DNA of 64,000 nucleotides from a virus: IMG/VR virus record IMGVR_UViG_3300032308_002775, positions 32,001 to 96,000 of that record; one strand, given 5' to 3'. A program made the translations under genes and the position numbers. The notes under the pieces were generated by a model. The model had not been told where the DNA came from. It searched no databases and saw nothing but the letters and a program-made list of their open reading frames with translations. Below, one piece after another: positions 1-10,009 of the stretch (within the stretch, counting starts at the first letter, position 1; the number at the start of each line of letters is the position of its first letter).

Positions 1-156
1 CCGGACGTCCCCACGGGCGACCTGCTCGTTGACGACCTGCTCGACGTCGCTGCGATGCGCGACCGCTTCGAGGCCGAGGGTTGCGCCGAGGGTGTCGAGG
101 CCTGTTCGCTCCTGCTCAAGATCCTGATCGACCACAAGCATCCGCACGCGGGGTGA
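1..156 (+). CDS. 3' end of hypothetical protein (partial, runs off the window start)
   Basis: Frame 1 is open (PDVPTGDLLVDDLLDVAAMRDRF...KHPHAG) to TGA at 154-156, with codon usage like the neighbours; the next gene starts 5 nt later. Confidence 0.6.
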   Translation, partial: PDVPTGDLLVDDLLDVAAMRDRFEAEGCAEGVEACSLLLKILIDHKHPHAG

Positions 157-161
157 ATATC

Positions 162-665
162 ATGAAGAAGCTCATTTGGCCTGCCGGGATCCTGCTCGCC
201 GTTGCCATGCTGTTTCCCAACGGCATCTCTATCAAGCTGCCCAGCGGCCCCGTGACGCCCGTGGCGCCGGTGAACCCGGTCACGCCCGTGGTGCCGGAGC
301 CGGTGGTCAAGGACGCCAAGACCGCGGAGCTGCTCGCCAGCGCGTCGCCCGCGGACAAGGGGCGCATCCGAGGCATTTACTCGGCCATGGCGACGGTCTT
401 GCAGCGCGACAGCAAGACGGGGCTCATCAAGACGACGGAGCAGGCGGCGCTGTGGCAGGCGAACACGCTCAAGGCCGCCGTGGACGACTCGATGCGGGGC
501 AAGTACCCCGGACTCGACGTCGCCATCGAGGCGGTCTTTGACAAGAAGATGCGCGAGCTGGATCCCGAAGGAAAGCGCGACCCCAAGGACGTGCAGTCGG
601 TCGACGACGCGGTGCGCGCCAAGTTGATCGAGGCCTGTACGCTGATCGCGGATTCGGCCCGTTAA
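162..665 (+). CDS. secreted/membrane-anchored hypothetical protein (167 aa)
   Basis: ATG at 162 gives MKKLIWPAGILLAVAMLFP (signal-peptide-like), then a PVTP-rich linker and a helical domain. Confidence 0.7.
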   Translation: MKKLIWPAGILLAVAMLFPNGISIKLPSGPVTPVAPVNPVTPVVPEPVVKDAKTAELLASASPADKGRIRGIYSAMATVLQRDSKTGLIKTTEQAALWQANTLKAAVDDSMRGKYPGLDVAIEAVFDKKMRELDPEGKRDPKDVQSVDDAVRAKLIEACTLIADSAR

Positions 666-674
666 GGGGCCCCG

Positions 675-1169
675 ATGAACACAGCGTTTGTCACCATACT
701 TGTTGTTTACGCGTTGGCGTTAATCATCGCGTGGTGGTTAACAGACGTTAAAACTGTTCCAACGCCGGTAGAGTTGAAAACCAGTCAAATCGGGAGAGAT
801 GTTATGGCAGATGTGCTTGTGTACAAGGTTTCCGTCGGCCCGGTGGTCGACAAGGACGTGGTGGAGCGCCAGCTGGTCGTCGCCGTGAATGGCGTCGGCT
901 CGCCGGACGAATTCGTGGTCTTCTCGGCTGATTCCACGGATCTCGGTGAAATCCGGGCGAAGCAGAACGACAAGGTCCTTCTCACGCTCGTCGACGTCGA
1001 CGACGCGGGCAACCGCTCGGAGCCCGCGGTGCTTGAGTTCGTGGCCAGCGACACGCTGCCCCCGGCGCAGCCCGGCGCGTTCGGTGTGACGCTCGTGGCC
1101 GAGGAGGAAGAGGTTGAGGTCGAGGAGGACGAGGGCGAAGAACCTGAGACTCCGTCGGACAACGCCTGA
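675..1169 (+). CDS. membrane-anchored protein with Ig/FN3-like beta domain and acidic tail
   Basis: N-terminal hydrophobic helix; VDDAGNRSEP strand-turn motif typical of FN3/Ig-like domains; Glu-rich C-terminus. Alternative start ATG 804. Confidence 0.6.
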   Translation: MNTAFVTILVVYALALIIAWWLTDVKTVPTPVELKTSQIGRDVMADVLVYKVSVGPVVDKDVVERQLVVAVNGVGSPDEFVVFSADSTDLGEIRAKQNDKVLLTLVDVDDAGNRSEPAVLEFVASDTLPPAQPGAFGVTLVAEEEEVEVEEDEGEEPETPSDNA

Positions 1170-1190
1170 ACGAAGTAACCGGAGGTTGCC

Positions 1191-2216
1191 ATGGACGGCG
1201 AAGTTTTCTTTGAATCGGTTTTCGACGTACAGAAGGCCTACGAAGAGGGTTTCGTCGGCGCGATGTGCGACCCTGAGCATACGGACATGCTCAAGGCCGC
1301 CATTGCGGAGGCAGGCGGCCTTCCTGAAGGCGCGATGGCCTGCGCGGCCTACGGTCTTCAGGAAACCGGCAAGGGAAAGCTCAGCGCCCCGTTCCTGGAC
1401 GTTCTGTCGCTCTACCCGGACTGCCTCCCGGGTGGCGCCCAGGGACGCGGCGACTGCGTTTCGTGGTCGACCCGCAACGCCGGGCTGGTCACGATGTGCA
1501 CCGACATTACCAGCGGACTGGCCGACGAGGAGACTGGTAACGTCGAAGGCGCGCCGGAGATCTCCGACAAGGCCCGACTGAACGGCGTGCTCAGCACCGA
1601 GGCGATTTACAACTGGCGCCGTCATGGCGGGGACGGCTGGTTCTGCTCGGACGCCGCTCGGGTCGTCATGAAGGAATCGGGTCTCTGGATTCGCAGGGCG
1701 TATCCCGAGATTAACGTCGACTTCGAAACGTACTCTTCGCGCAACGCCGGGCTTTACGGTTCGCGCACGCCGCCGGAGTCCTGGCTCAAGATCGGTCAGC
1801 AGCACCTGATCCGCTCGACCACGGTGCTCGAGAGTTACGAAGAGGTTCGCGACATGCTCGCGAACGGTTACGGAATTAGCTCCTGCGGCGGCGAGTCGTT
1901 CTCGTCGGAGCGTGACGCAAATGGCGTGTCGCGACGCACGGCAAAGGGCTGGGCGCACGCGATGGCCTACATTGCGGTTGATGAGCGCCCCGAGATTATC
2001 GAGGTTTACAAAGAGCCCCTGATTTGCGTCCAAAACAGTTGGGGAAATTGGAATGACGGAAGTCGCAAGATCATGGATACGAACCTCCTGATCCCCATCG
2101 GCGCCTTCTGGGCGCGCTGGAGCGACCTGAAGAACCGCGACGCGATCGCCTTCTCGAGCTTTAACGGCTGGAAGCGCAAACCGCTGCGCAACTGGGGCGC
2201 GCTGGGCAACATTTAA
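1191..2216 (+). CDS. papain-like (C1A/clan CA) cysteine peptidase
   Basis: Catalytic motifs QGRGDCVSW (Gln/Cys), WAHAMAYIAV (His) and QNSWG (Asn) in the correct order; GGAGG RBS. Confidence 0.85.
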   Translation: MDGEVFFESVFDVQKAYEEGFVGAMCDPEHTDMLKAAIAEAGGLPEGAMACAAYGLQETGKGKLSAPFLDVLSLYPDCLPGGAQGRGDCVSWSTRNAGLVTMCTDITSGLADEETGNVEGAPEISDKARLNGVLSTEAIYNWRRHGGDGWFCSDAARVVMKESGLWIRRAYPEINVDFETYSSRNAGLYGSRTPPESWLKIGQQHLIRSTTVLESYEEVRDMLANGYGISSCGGESFSSERDANGVSRRTAKGWAHAMAYIAVDERPEIIEVYKEPLICVQNSWGNWNDGSRKIMDTNLLIPIGAFWARWSDLKNRDAIAFSSFNGWKRKPLRNWGALGNI

Positions 2217-2239
2217 CTCCTCGCACGGGAGACGGTAAC

Positions 2240-2740
2240 ATGATCGAGTGGCTTTACATCATGCTGTTCGCGCCGGTGGTGTCCTATGCCGACCCCGCAC
2301 CAACCCCCGACTATATCGGCATGGTCGCTGCAGAGGCTGCTTATGCTGCTCTGCTTCCTGCGGCGCCCCAGCCCGACAAGCCCGAACCGCAGCCCATTGA
2401 TCCGAATTGTCCGACCTGCAAAGGCACCGGCCGAGTCCGCTCCGGCGACGGCCACGAGTGGACGAAGTGCCCGACCTGTCAGCCGCTAGCGGCGCCTGCC
2501 GCGCTGCCCCGCGCGAAGTCGACGTTGCCGCCGGGCCCGTTTGCTAAGCCGCAACAAACGTCGGTTGTTCCGCCTGCGCCAGCGCCTAAGACTGCTGCAG
2601 CCGCGCCAGTTATTGTGCCGCACGCGCCTTGCGCGACTGGAGCCTGTCCCGTAGAAAAAGCGGCGCCTGCGGCGCCGCTCATGGGAGTTCCGTTCGTCAC
2701 GGCGCCAGTGCCGTCTAGGCGCGTCTTTCGGAGAAGGTAA
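2240..2740 (+). CDS. exported Pro/Ala-rich protein with CxxCxGxG zinc-finger-like motif
   Basis: Hydrophobic N-terminus; CPTCKGTG...KCPTC; basic C-terminus RRVFRRR. Confidence 0.65.
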   Translation: MIEWLYIMLFAPVVSYADPAPTPDYIGMVAAEAAYAALLPAAPQPDKPEPQPIDPNCPTCKGTGRVRSGDGHEWTKCPTCQPLAAPAALPRAKSTLPPGPFAKPQQTSVVPPAPAPKTAAAAPVIVPHAPCATGACPVEKAAPAAPLMGVPFVTAPVPSRRVFRRR

Positions 2741-2743
2741 GTA

Positions 2744-3235
2744 ATGCCTGTCGAGAACACAGTCGGTAAGTGCTACTCCTGGCGCGACCTGAAGTTTTAC
2801 GCCAAAAACGGCTTTATCTGCCTTCACGACGAGGAAGACGGCTCGTTCATCGTCCTCACCCGCAAGGAGTTTCTCCAGCGCGCCCAGGCGCTCTCGGACG
2901 AAACCAAGCGGCTTCGCGAGCAAGCCGTAAAAAACCCTGGAAAGGCCTGGATCCTGGCCGATCGTTTGGAGTTACAGCAGGCAATTGAGAACATGGTGGA
3001 GTGTTGCAAGGATGCGAAGGAGCAGGGCGACCGGAACGATCCGGAGGTCGCCGCCTGGTTTTCGCGTCACCGGCCGCACAAGCGAGGTCGGGTGTCGATG
3101 GCAACCGCGGCGAATTTCACCACGGCGCTGCCGGGCGCTTTGCCGCTGGGCAAAGACACCGGAAAGTACGTCACACCAGACTTCTCGGCCGGGCAGACCA
3201 ACCCCAAGAAACTGATCTTGCCAGGAGATTTCTGA
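2744..3235 (+). CDS. hypothetical protein (163 aa)
   Basis: Tightly packed ORF; stop overlaps the next start (TGATG). Confidence 0.7.
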   Translation: MPVENTVGKCYSWRDLKFYAKNGFICLHDEEDGSFIVLTRKEFLQRAQALSDETKRLREQAVKNPGKAWILADRLELQQAIENMVECCKDAKEQGDRNDPEVAAWFSRHRPHKRGRVSMATAANFTTALPGALPLGKDTGKYVTPDFSAGQTNPKKLILPGDF

Positions 3236-3567
3236 TGTCCGACGAAAACAAGGACGCGTTCAAACTCGGCTTTTTGACCCGTTGCGCCGAAGAGGGCCTG
3301 ACGGGCGAAAAGCTCGCCTCGCGGCTCGACCTGGCTGAAAAAGCCGCTGAGGGCAAACTTACGGGCGCACTGACTGCGCTGTACGGCGTGCCGATCGGCC
3401 TTGGACTTCTTGGCGGCGGCGCGCTCGGTTACGGCACGGCCAAGCTGATGGAGCCGAAACTCTCCGATGACGAAATCAAGGCGCAGGAACTCGCCCACAC
3501 CTATCGCGTGATGGGCGATCGGTTAAAGGCGCGTCGACGGATGAAGCAATATCGCCCCGGCATGTGA
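3235..3567 (+). CDS. small putative head-core/ejected protein (110 aa)
   Basis: ATG overlaps the upstream TGA; MSDENKDAFKLGFL...EKAA followed by a Gly-rich hydrophobic helix. Confidence 0.65.
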   Translation: MSDENKDAFKLGFLTRCAEEGLTGEKLASRLDLAEKAAEGKLTGALTALYGVPIGLGLLGGGALGYGTAKLMEPKLSDDEIKAQELAHTYRVMGDRLKARRRMKQYRPGM

Positions 3568-3577
3568 GGATTGTTGC

Positions 3578-3928
3578 GTGAGCATGCGCAAGTATCACGG
3601 CGAAATGGCTGGGCCGCAGCACGGAGATTCCGTGCTTAACTGGCCGGGCACGATGGACGGCTTTCCGGTGCTTGGGCCGCGCGGCCAGGTCAACGATCTC
3701 AAGAAAGAAGAGCTCGACAACCTCGATCTCCGATTCGACTTCAAATCGCGGATGTTTGAGCTGTGGGAGCCGGATCAGAAGGCCGATTTTGACGACGTAA
3801 ATGATAAGATAGTGAACGGTTGGTACCGGCTCGTGAAACGGTCCGACAACTGGGACGACGAGAAAAAACACTTTCGCGTGTGGATGGAATGGTTCCAGGT
3901 TTACGGAATGATTCCACCGAGGCAGTAA
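3578..3928 (+). CDS. hypothetical protein (116 aa, Cys-free)
   Basis: GAGGA RBS before GTG; compact alpha/beta-like sequence. Confidence 0.7.
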   Translation: MSMRKYHGEMAGPQHGDSVLNWPGTMDGFPVLGPRGQVNDLKKEELDNLDLRFDFKSRMFELWEPDQKADFDDVNDKIVNGWYRLVKRSDNWDDEKKHFRVWMEWFQVYGMIPPRQ

Positions 3929-3931
3929 ACC

Positions 3932-4849
3932 ATGGCAGAAACCAAACAAAGCGCTTCGAACTGGACCAGCTATTTTCTCGGCGAGTCCACCAGCCCGGCC
4001 ACGCAGATGTTTAACAAGGCGCGGGAGGCTGTAACCGCTGCGGATACAGCCAAGTGGAATCAGCAGCACGGCCAGACCCTGCTCAACACGATGGCGCTCA
4101 CGGGCGGCGTCGGCATGGGCGGCCTGGCGCTCTACCACCTGCTCCGCGGCCTGAAGCCGACCGGCAAGAAGGAGCGGAAGTACCAAAACATTGCCGCGGG
4201 TTCGCCGGTCATGGCCAAGTCGCCGCTTGAGGCGCCGCAGGAGAAGGCGGCTGTTCTCGACCAAATCGTCAGCGGTGTCGGATCCGTGCCGGGCGCGATT
4301 GTTGACTCTTTCCCCAGGCTGTTCAAGTCGCTGGGTGAAGCTGGCGCCGCGCCCAAAGATCCCAACATGCTGCGCGGTGCGGTCGCCACGACGCTCGGCA
4401 CCGGCCTGGGCCTGGGCGCCCTGTACGGCGGCGGCAAGCTGATCAACTCGATCATGGCAAAGAAGCAGAAGGACGACGCGACCGACGAAGTCGAAGAGGC
4501 CCGCGCCCGGTATCACGCCATTCTCGCGGGCAAGGAAGCCGCCGCGCTCGACAAGCTGTATGCCCGTTATCAGGAAAAGCGCGCCGAGGGCTGGCTGGAC
4601 GGTTTGTTGGAAATTGGCACGGATTCGGCGCCCCGCGTGGCTTTGACGTCCATGCTGCTGGCCGGACTCGGCGCGGGCGGCATTGGCGCGAAGTACATGT
4701 ACGACCAGACGGCAGCGAAGACCCGCGGCGAAAACCTGGCCAAGGCCCAGGCATCGCGCGCGCGCATGAAGGGCCTGCCGACGATGTGGGTTGACCCGGA
4801 AGAACTTGTGAAGGTTAAGCAGCTGGCAGAACAAAGCAGCGATGAGTGA
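3932..4849 (+). CDS. putative internal head/ejection protein with repeated Gly-rich hydrophobic helices
   Basis: Three GxGxGG-type hydrophobic segments separated by EKAA/KEAA/EKRA motifs; no Cys. Confidence 0.6.
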   Translation: MAETKQSASNWTSYFLGESTSPATQMFNKAREAVTAADTAKWNQQHGQTLLNTMALTGGVGMGGLALYHLLRGLKPTGKKERKYQNIAAGSPVMAKSPLEAPQEKAAVLDQIVSGVGSVPGAIVDSFPRLFKSLGEAGAAPKDPNMLRGAVATTLGTGLGLGALYGGGKLINSIMAKKQKDDATDEVEEARARYHAILAGKEAAALDKLYARYQEKRAEGWLDGLLEIGTDSAPRVALTSMLLAGLGAGGIGAKYMYDQTAAKTRGENLAKAQASRARMKGLPTMWVDPEELVKVKQLAEQSSDE

Positions 4850-7800
4850 GCGCAATGCCAGACTCGATCCTCTCCGGTCCGCCTGCGCCCATCACGCCGA
4901 CGCCGCAACCACAAGCGCCGCTGCAGACGCGCTCGTTCGGTGACATCGGCGCGCTGCGCACCAACATCTTTGATCGGGCGCTGCAGAGCGCTTCTTCTCT
5001 CGAGCCGATCAAGAACGACCTCTACACGCTGCAGCTTGCGAACGTCGCATACACCGGGCCGGAAAGGTTCACCAAGGCCGATCAAAAGAAGGCCGTGCTC
5101 ACGGGCAACTCGCTCCATCGGCGGCTCACGGGCACCTGGAACCTGATCGACAACACCACCGGTGCGCCGATCGCCACCCGGCAGCAGACGATCGCCCACG
5201 TGCCGTATCTCACCGACTCTGGCACGTTCGTGAACCGGGGTGTCGAGTACACCCTGGCCCACCAGATGCGGCTCAAGGCGGGCGTCTACACCCGCGAGAA
5301 GGACAACGGCGAGCTGGAGGCCCACGTCAACGTGCTGCCCGGCAAGGGGCGCATGCACCGGTACTTCCTCGACCCGAAGACCGGCGTGATGAACATCAAC
5401 ATCGGCCAGGCGAAGATTCCGCTGATGCCGCTGCTCAAGGCGATGGGCGCCAAGGACTCCGACATCCGCGCCGCTTGGGGCAACGAGATCACCGCCGTCA
5501 ACATGGAGAAGGGCGATGCGGGAACGCTCGACAAGCTCTACCAGCGTTTGGTCTACCGGCAGACTCCCGGCATCGACGCAGCTGCCAAGCAAAAGGCAAT
5601 TGCGGACGAGTTTGCCCGCATGGAACTCGACCCCGACGTTACGCGGCGCACTCTTGGCAAGGAATACAAGAACCTTACCCCCGAAGCAATTCTCGACATT
5701 ACGAAAAAGCTCATCGCCCTCAATCGCAAAGAGGCCGACCCCGATGACCGTGACGCAATGGCGTATCAAAGCATCGTTGGGCCCGAGGATCTGATCTCCG
5801 AACGGTTCACCAAAGACAAGCAGGCGCTGCGCAAGTTGCTCTGGAAGGCGACGGCTAAGAAGAACCTTGACCACGTCCCGACCGGCGTGTTCAACAAGGC
5901 CATCCAGGCCGCGCTGATTGGCTCTGGGTTGGGCAGTTCGCTCGAGGAAATCAACCCGGCCGAGATTTTCGACCACCAGGGCCGCGTGACTCGCATGGGC
6001 GAGGGCGGCATCGGCTCGCTTGACGCCGTGCCCCAAGAGTCGCGCTCTGTGCAGCCCAGCCACCTGGGCTTTGTGGACTTCCTGCGCACGCCAGAGTCTG
6101 GCAAGGTGGGCGTCGACATGCGTTTTGCCCGCGGCGCCATGAAGGGCACCGACGGCAAGATCTACACGCCGGTCGTGAACATACAGACCGGCGAGACAGA
6201 GATGAAGACGCCAGGCGAGCTGGCCGAGACGCCGCTCGCTTTTCCGGGCGAGGAAAAGACCGACATGCCGATGGTCGCGGCACTCGTTGGCGGCAAGATG
6301 CAGTACGTGCCGCGTGAGGAAGTCCAGTTCTCGCTGCCCAACATGGACAGCACGTTCTCCGCGCTTTCGAACATGGTTCCGCTGAAGAGCATGATGAAGG
6401 GCCAGCGCGCGGTGATGGCCAGCCGCATGTTTACCCAGGCGCTGCCGCTCTCGGGAGCCGAGGCGCCGCTCGTGCAGTCGGCCGTCGTCGACAAGGACGG
6501 CGTGTCCCACGAGGACGAGATGGGCGAGAAGCTCGGCGCCGTGAAGGCCCAGTTTCACGGCCAGGTCGTTTCGGCCGAGCCGGGCATGATCGTGCTGCGC
6601 GATCGTGAGGGCAAGAAGCACGAGATCGACCTGTACAACGACATGCCCTTTAACCGGAAGACATTCTGGCACCAGACGCCGGTCGTGAAGCCAGGCGACG
6701 TGATTAAGCCGGGGCAGCTTCTGGCCCACTCGAACTTCACGGACCCTAGCGGCACAGCGGCGATGGGCAAGAACTTACGTGTCGCCTATTTGCCGTACCA
6801 GGGGAAAAACTACGAAGACGCCGTGGTGATCTCGGAATCGGCGGCCAAGAAGCTCACCAGCGAGCACATGTACCAGCACGAGGCTGAGTGGACCGAGAAC
6901 AGCCACGTCGGGAAGAAGGCGTTCGTTGCGCTGTTTCCGGGCGAGTACGACAAGAAGCAGCTCGAGAACTTCGACGACAAGGGCGCGATCAAGAAGGGCA
7001 CGGTCGTGAACTACGGCGACCCGCTGATCCTCCAGGCCAAGGCCAAGGAGACAACCTACGGCAAGGTGCATCGCGGCCGGGCGGGAAACTTCATGAACGA
7101 GACGCTGACTTGGGAGCACCACTCGCCGGGCGTGGTTACCGACGTTGAGCACACCGACAAGGGCGTCTCGGTCGTTGTGAAGAGCCAGGCCGAAATGCAG
7201 GTGGGCGACAAACTTACGGGGCGCTACGGCGACAAGGGCGTGGTAGCCGACATTGTTCCAGACCACCGCATGCCACAAGACAAGGACGGCAGTCCGTACG
7301 AGGTGCTTGTTTCGCCGCTGGGTCTGATCTCCCGCGTGAACCCGGCGCAGGTCGTCGAAGCGGCGCTCGGCAAGATTGCGGCGAAGACCGGGCAGCCGTT
7401 CAAACTCAAAGACTTCGACAGCGCGCAGGACCTCGTAGAGTTTGCCCAGAACGAGCTTGGGAAGCACGGCCTCTCCGATACTGAGGACGTCACGGATCCG
7501 GAAACCGGTCGTAAGATCAAAAGCGTGCTGACCGGCAACCGGTTCTTCATGAAGCTCCATCACACCGCGGAGTCCAAGGGCCAAGGCCGCGCGATGAGCA
7601 GCTACACGGCGGAGGGCACTCCGGCCAAGGGCGGCAGCGAGGGCGCCAAGCGCGTCGGCATGCTGGACCTGGGCGCGCTGCTCTCCCACGGCGCGGGCAA
7701 AGTCATTCGTGACGCCAAGATGGTCCGCGGGCAGGCGAACCCCGAGTACTGGTCGCAGTTCATGGCGGGCTACACTCCGCCGCTGCCCAAGGTGCCGCAC

Positions 7801-9261
7801 GTCTACGAGAAGTTTGTTAACCAGCTCAAGGGCGCTGGAATTAACACCGTGCGCGAAGGGACAAAGACGCACATCATGGCGGTGACCGACCGCGACATCG
7901 ATGAGCTGGCCGGGGCCCGCGAGGTCACCAACTCCGAGACAGTCGACTGGAAGGGGCGGCTCAAGCCGATCAAGGGCGGCCTGTTCGATGAAACGCTCAC
8001 CGGCGGCCACGGCGGCAACCGCTGGAGCAAGATCACGCTTCACGAACCGATGCCCAACCCGGTCATGGAGGAGCCAATCCGCCGGGTGCTCGGGCTTACC
8101 GAGAAAGAGTTCCGCGGAGTGCTCGCCGGGCAGGTGCAGCTGTTCGACAAGACCGGCCCGGAGGCCATCCAGGGCGCCCTGGGGCGGATCAACCTGCCCA
8201 AGGCGATCGAGCAGGCCAGGTTAGATATCAAATCGGGACGCAAGACTTTGCGCGACGCCGCCGTGCGGAAGCTGGGATACCTCAAGAACGCTGAATCGAC
8301 CGGCGTCCATCCCAAGGACTGGATGATGAGCAAGGTCGGCGTGCTCCCGCCGATTTTTCGGCCCGTCTCCACGATGGGCGCCAAAAAGTTACCGCTCGTG
8401 GCCGACGCGAATTACCTCTACAAGGAACTGCTCGACGCGAACGACACGCTCAAGGAAGCCTCCGGCGCCCTGAGCGAATACAGCGACGAACGGCTGGGCC
8501 TGTACGACGCCATGAAGGCCGTCTCCGGGTTGGGCGATCCGACGCAGCCCAAGAATCAGGAACGCCGTGTGAAGGGCTTTTTGCAGCACGTCTTCGGCAG
8601 TTCGCCCAAGTACGGCACCGTGCAGCGCAAGCTTCTCTCGACCACGGTCGACTTGGTGGGGCGGGCAGTTATTACGCCGAACCCGGACCTCGACATGGAC
8701 CAGGTCGCGCTTCCCGAGGACAAGGCCTGGGAGGTCTACAAGCCGTTCGTGGTGCGGGGCCTGGTGCGCCGCGGAATGCCCCGGATGAATGCGCTGGACG
8801 CCGTCGAAAACCGCAACAAGGCGGCGTACGACGAGCTGAACACGCAGATGTCGTCCCGGCCGATCGTCATTAACCGTGCGCCGGTGCTCCATCGATACGG
8901 TATGATGGCGTTTTATCCGAAGCTCACCAAGAACAAGGTTATGGAGGTTAACCCGGTCATTACCAAGGGTTTTGGCGCCGACTTTGACGGGGACGCGATG
9001 CAGTATCACGTTCCCAGCACCGAGGACGCCGCCAAGGAAGCCGTCGAAAAAATGCTTCCAAGCAAAAATCTCTTTTCGACGGCAAGCTTCAAGGCCCACT
9101 TTGTTCCGAACAGGGACTATCAGACCGGGGTTTACCTGGCTTCGAGCCGGGTCGACAAGAAACAGAAGCCGAGGGTATACAAGTCACGGCAGGACGCCAT
9201 GAACGCCTATCGCCGCGGGGAGATTGACGTCGACACCCCGGTGCATATCGTCGAGAGTTAA
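4846..9261 (+). CDS. phage multisubunit RNA polymerase, fused beta + N-terminal beta' (catalytic DFDGD)
   Basis: Beta motifs: PYLTDSGTFVNRGVE, TPESGKVG, RAVMASRMFTQALP, GKNYEDAVVISE, GDKLTGRYGDKGVV, PLGLISRVN, FMKLHH, GAKRVGMLD. Beta' motifs: ETVDWKGRLKPIKGGLF, VLPPIFRP, VDLVGRAVI, NRAPVLHR, GADFDGDAM. Alternative start ATG 4855. Confidence 0.95.
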   Translation: MSAMPDSILSGPPAPITPTPQPQAPLQTRSFGDIGALRTNIFDRALQSASSLEPIKNDLYTLQLANVAYTGPERFTKADQKKAVLTGNSLHRRLTGTWNLIDNTTGAPIATRQQTIAHVPYLTDSGTFVNRGVEYTLAHQMRLKAGVYTREKDNGELEAHVNVLPGKGRMHRYFLDPKTGVMNINIGQAKIPLMPLLKAMGAKDSDIRAAWGNEITAVNMEKGDAGTLDKLYQRLVYRQTPGIDAAAKQKAIADEFARMELDPDVTRRTLGKEYKNLTPEAILDITKKLIALNRKEADPDDRDAMAYQSIVGPEDLISERFTKDKQALRKLLWKATAKKNLDHVPTGVFNKAIQAALIGSGLGSSLEEINPAEIFDHQGRVTRMGEGGIGSLDAVPQESRSVQPSHLGFVDFLRTPESGKVGVDMRFARGAMKGTDGKIYTPVVNIQTGETEMKTPGELAETPLAFPGEEKTDMPMVAALVGGKMQYVPREEVQFSLPNMDSTFSALSNMVPLKSMMKGQRAVMASRMFTQALPLSGAEAPLVQSAVVDKDGVSHEDEMGEKLGAVKAQFHGQVVSAEPGMIVLRDREGKKHEIDLYNDMPFNRKTFWHQTPVVKPGDVIKPGQLLAHSNFTDPSGTAAMGKNLRVAYLPYQGKNYEDAVVISESAAKKLTSEHMYQHEAEWTENSHVGKKAFVALFPGEYDKKQLENFDDKGAIKKGTVVNYGDPLILQAKAKETTYGKVHRGRAGNFMNETLTWEHHSPGVVTDVEHTDKGVSVVVKSQAEMQVGDKLTGRYGDKGVVADIVPDHRMPQDKDGSPYEVLVSPLGLISRVNPAQVVEAALGKIAAKTGQPFKLKDFDSAQDLVEFAQNELGKHGLSDTEDVTDPETGRKIKSVLTGNRFFMKLHHTAESKGQGRAMSSYTAEGTPAKGGSEGAKRVGMLDLGALLSHGAGKVIRDAKMVRGQANPEYWSQFMAGYTPPLPKVPHVYEKFVNQLKGAGINTVREGTKTHIMAVTDRDIDELAGAREVTNSETVDWKGRLKPIKGGLFDETLTGGHGGNRWSKITLHEPMPNPVMEEPIRRVLGLTEKEFRGVLAGQVQLFDKTGPEAIQGALGRINLPKAIEQARLDIKSGRKTLRDAAVRKLGYLKNAESTGVHPKDWMMSKVGVLPPIFRPVSTMGAKKLPLVADANYLYKELLDANDTLKEASGALSEYSDERLGLYDAMKAVSGLGDPTQPKNQERRVKGFLQHVFGSSPKYGTVQRKLLSTTVDLVGRAVITPNPDLDMDQVALPEDKAWEVYKPFVVRGLVRRGMPRMNALDAVENRNKAAYDELNTQMSSRPIVINRAPVLHRYGMMAFYPKLTKNKVMEVNPVITKGFGADFDGDAMQYHVPSTEDAAKEAVEKMLPSKNLFSTASFKAHFVPNRDYQTGVYLASSRVDKKQKPRVYKSRQDAMNAYRRGEIDVDTPVHIVES

Positions 9262-9274
9262 CACGGAGGTTTCC

Positions 9275-10009
9275 ATGAGTTTCACGGTCAATCCCGAACT
9301 GCTGAAGATGGCGCGCCATGCCCTCGAAAAGTCGGCGGTGGTGCCATCCGACGCGGCGATGATGGCGGCAGGCGGCGCGCCCCCAATGGGCGGCGAACCG
9401 CCCGATCCTTCCATGCTTGGCGTTCAGGGCGCCGCCCAACCGGTTGACCCAGCGACTGCTGCCATGGGCGCCGCGCCGCCTCCGGGCGCTGACCCGACTG
9501 GCGCGGCCACCGCTGCGGCGCCCCCTGCCGCGGCGGCCCCGGCTCCGATGCCACCGGCCACGCCGACTGGCGGCGCACCTGGCCAGCAGAAGCTCAAGCC
9601 CGAGCAGATGATGCAGATGCTCGACTACCGGCTTTACAACATGCAGCAGCAGCTCACGGCGATCATGAACGCCATGGGCGTTCAGGTTCCCCCCGAGTCG
9701 CTCGTCCTGCCGCCCGGCACGACCGGCGCGCCTCCAGCCGAGACCGCGCTGCCCGGCGGACCGATGGCTCCGCCGCCCCAGGACCCTAACGCCGCTGGTG
9801 GTCCGATGCCTCCAGGCGGCCCGGTGCCCCCGGGCGGCCCGATGGATCCCAGCCAGCCTCCGATGGACCCCGCCGCTGCCAAGCAGGCGAACTGGTGGGA
9901 TAAGCCGTTGGCGAAGTTTGCTGAAGAACAACCTGACGAGCCGACGTCGATCCAGAATCTGGCGGCGGCGGCGGGCATCCTGCTGAGGAACATGGGGCGT
10001 GCGCGTTAG
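9275..10009 (+). CDS. Pro/Gly/Met/Ala-rich low-complexity protein (244 aa) between the RNAP genes
   Basis: GGAGGT RBS before ATG 9275; EKSA and KQA motifs; central helix QMMQMLDYRLYNMQQQL. Confidence 0.75.
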   Translation: MSFTVNPELLKMARHALEKSAVVPSDAAMMAAGGAPPMGGEPPDPSMLGVQGAAQPVDPATAAMGAAPPPGADPTGAATAAAPPAAAAPAPMPPATPTGGAPGQQKLKPEQMMQMLDYRLYNMQQQLTAIMNAMGVQVPPESLVLPPGTTGAPPAETALPGGPMAPPPQDPNAAGGPMPPGGPVPPGGPMDPSQPPMDPAAAKQANWWDKPLAKFAEEQPDEPTSIQNLAAAAGILLRNMGRAR

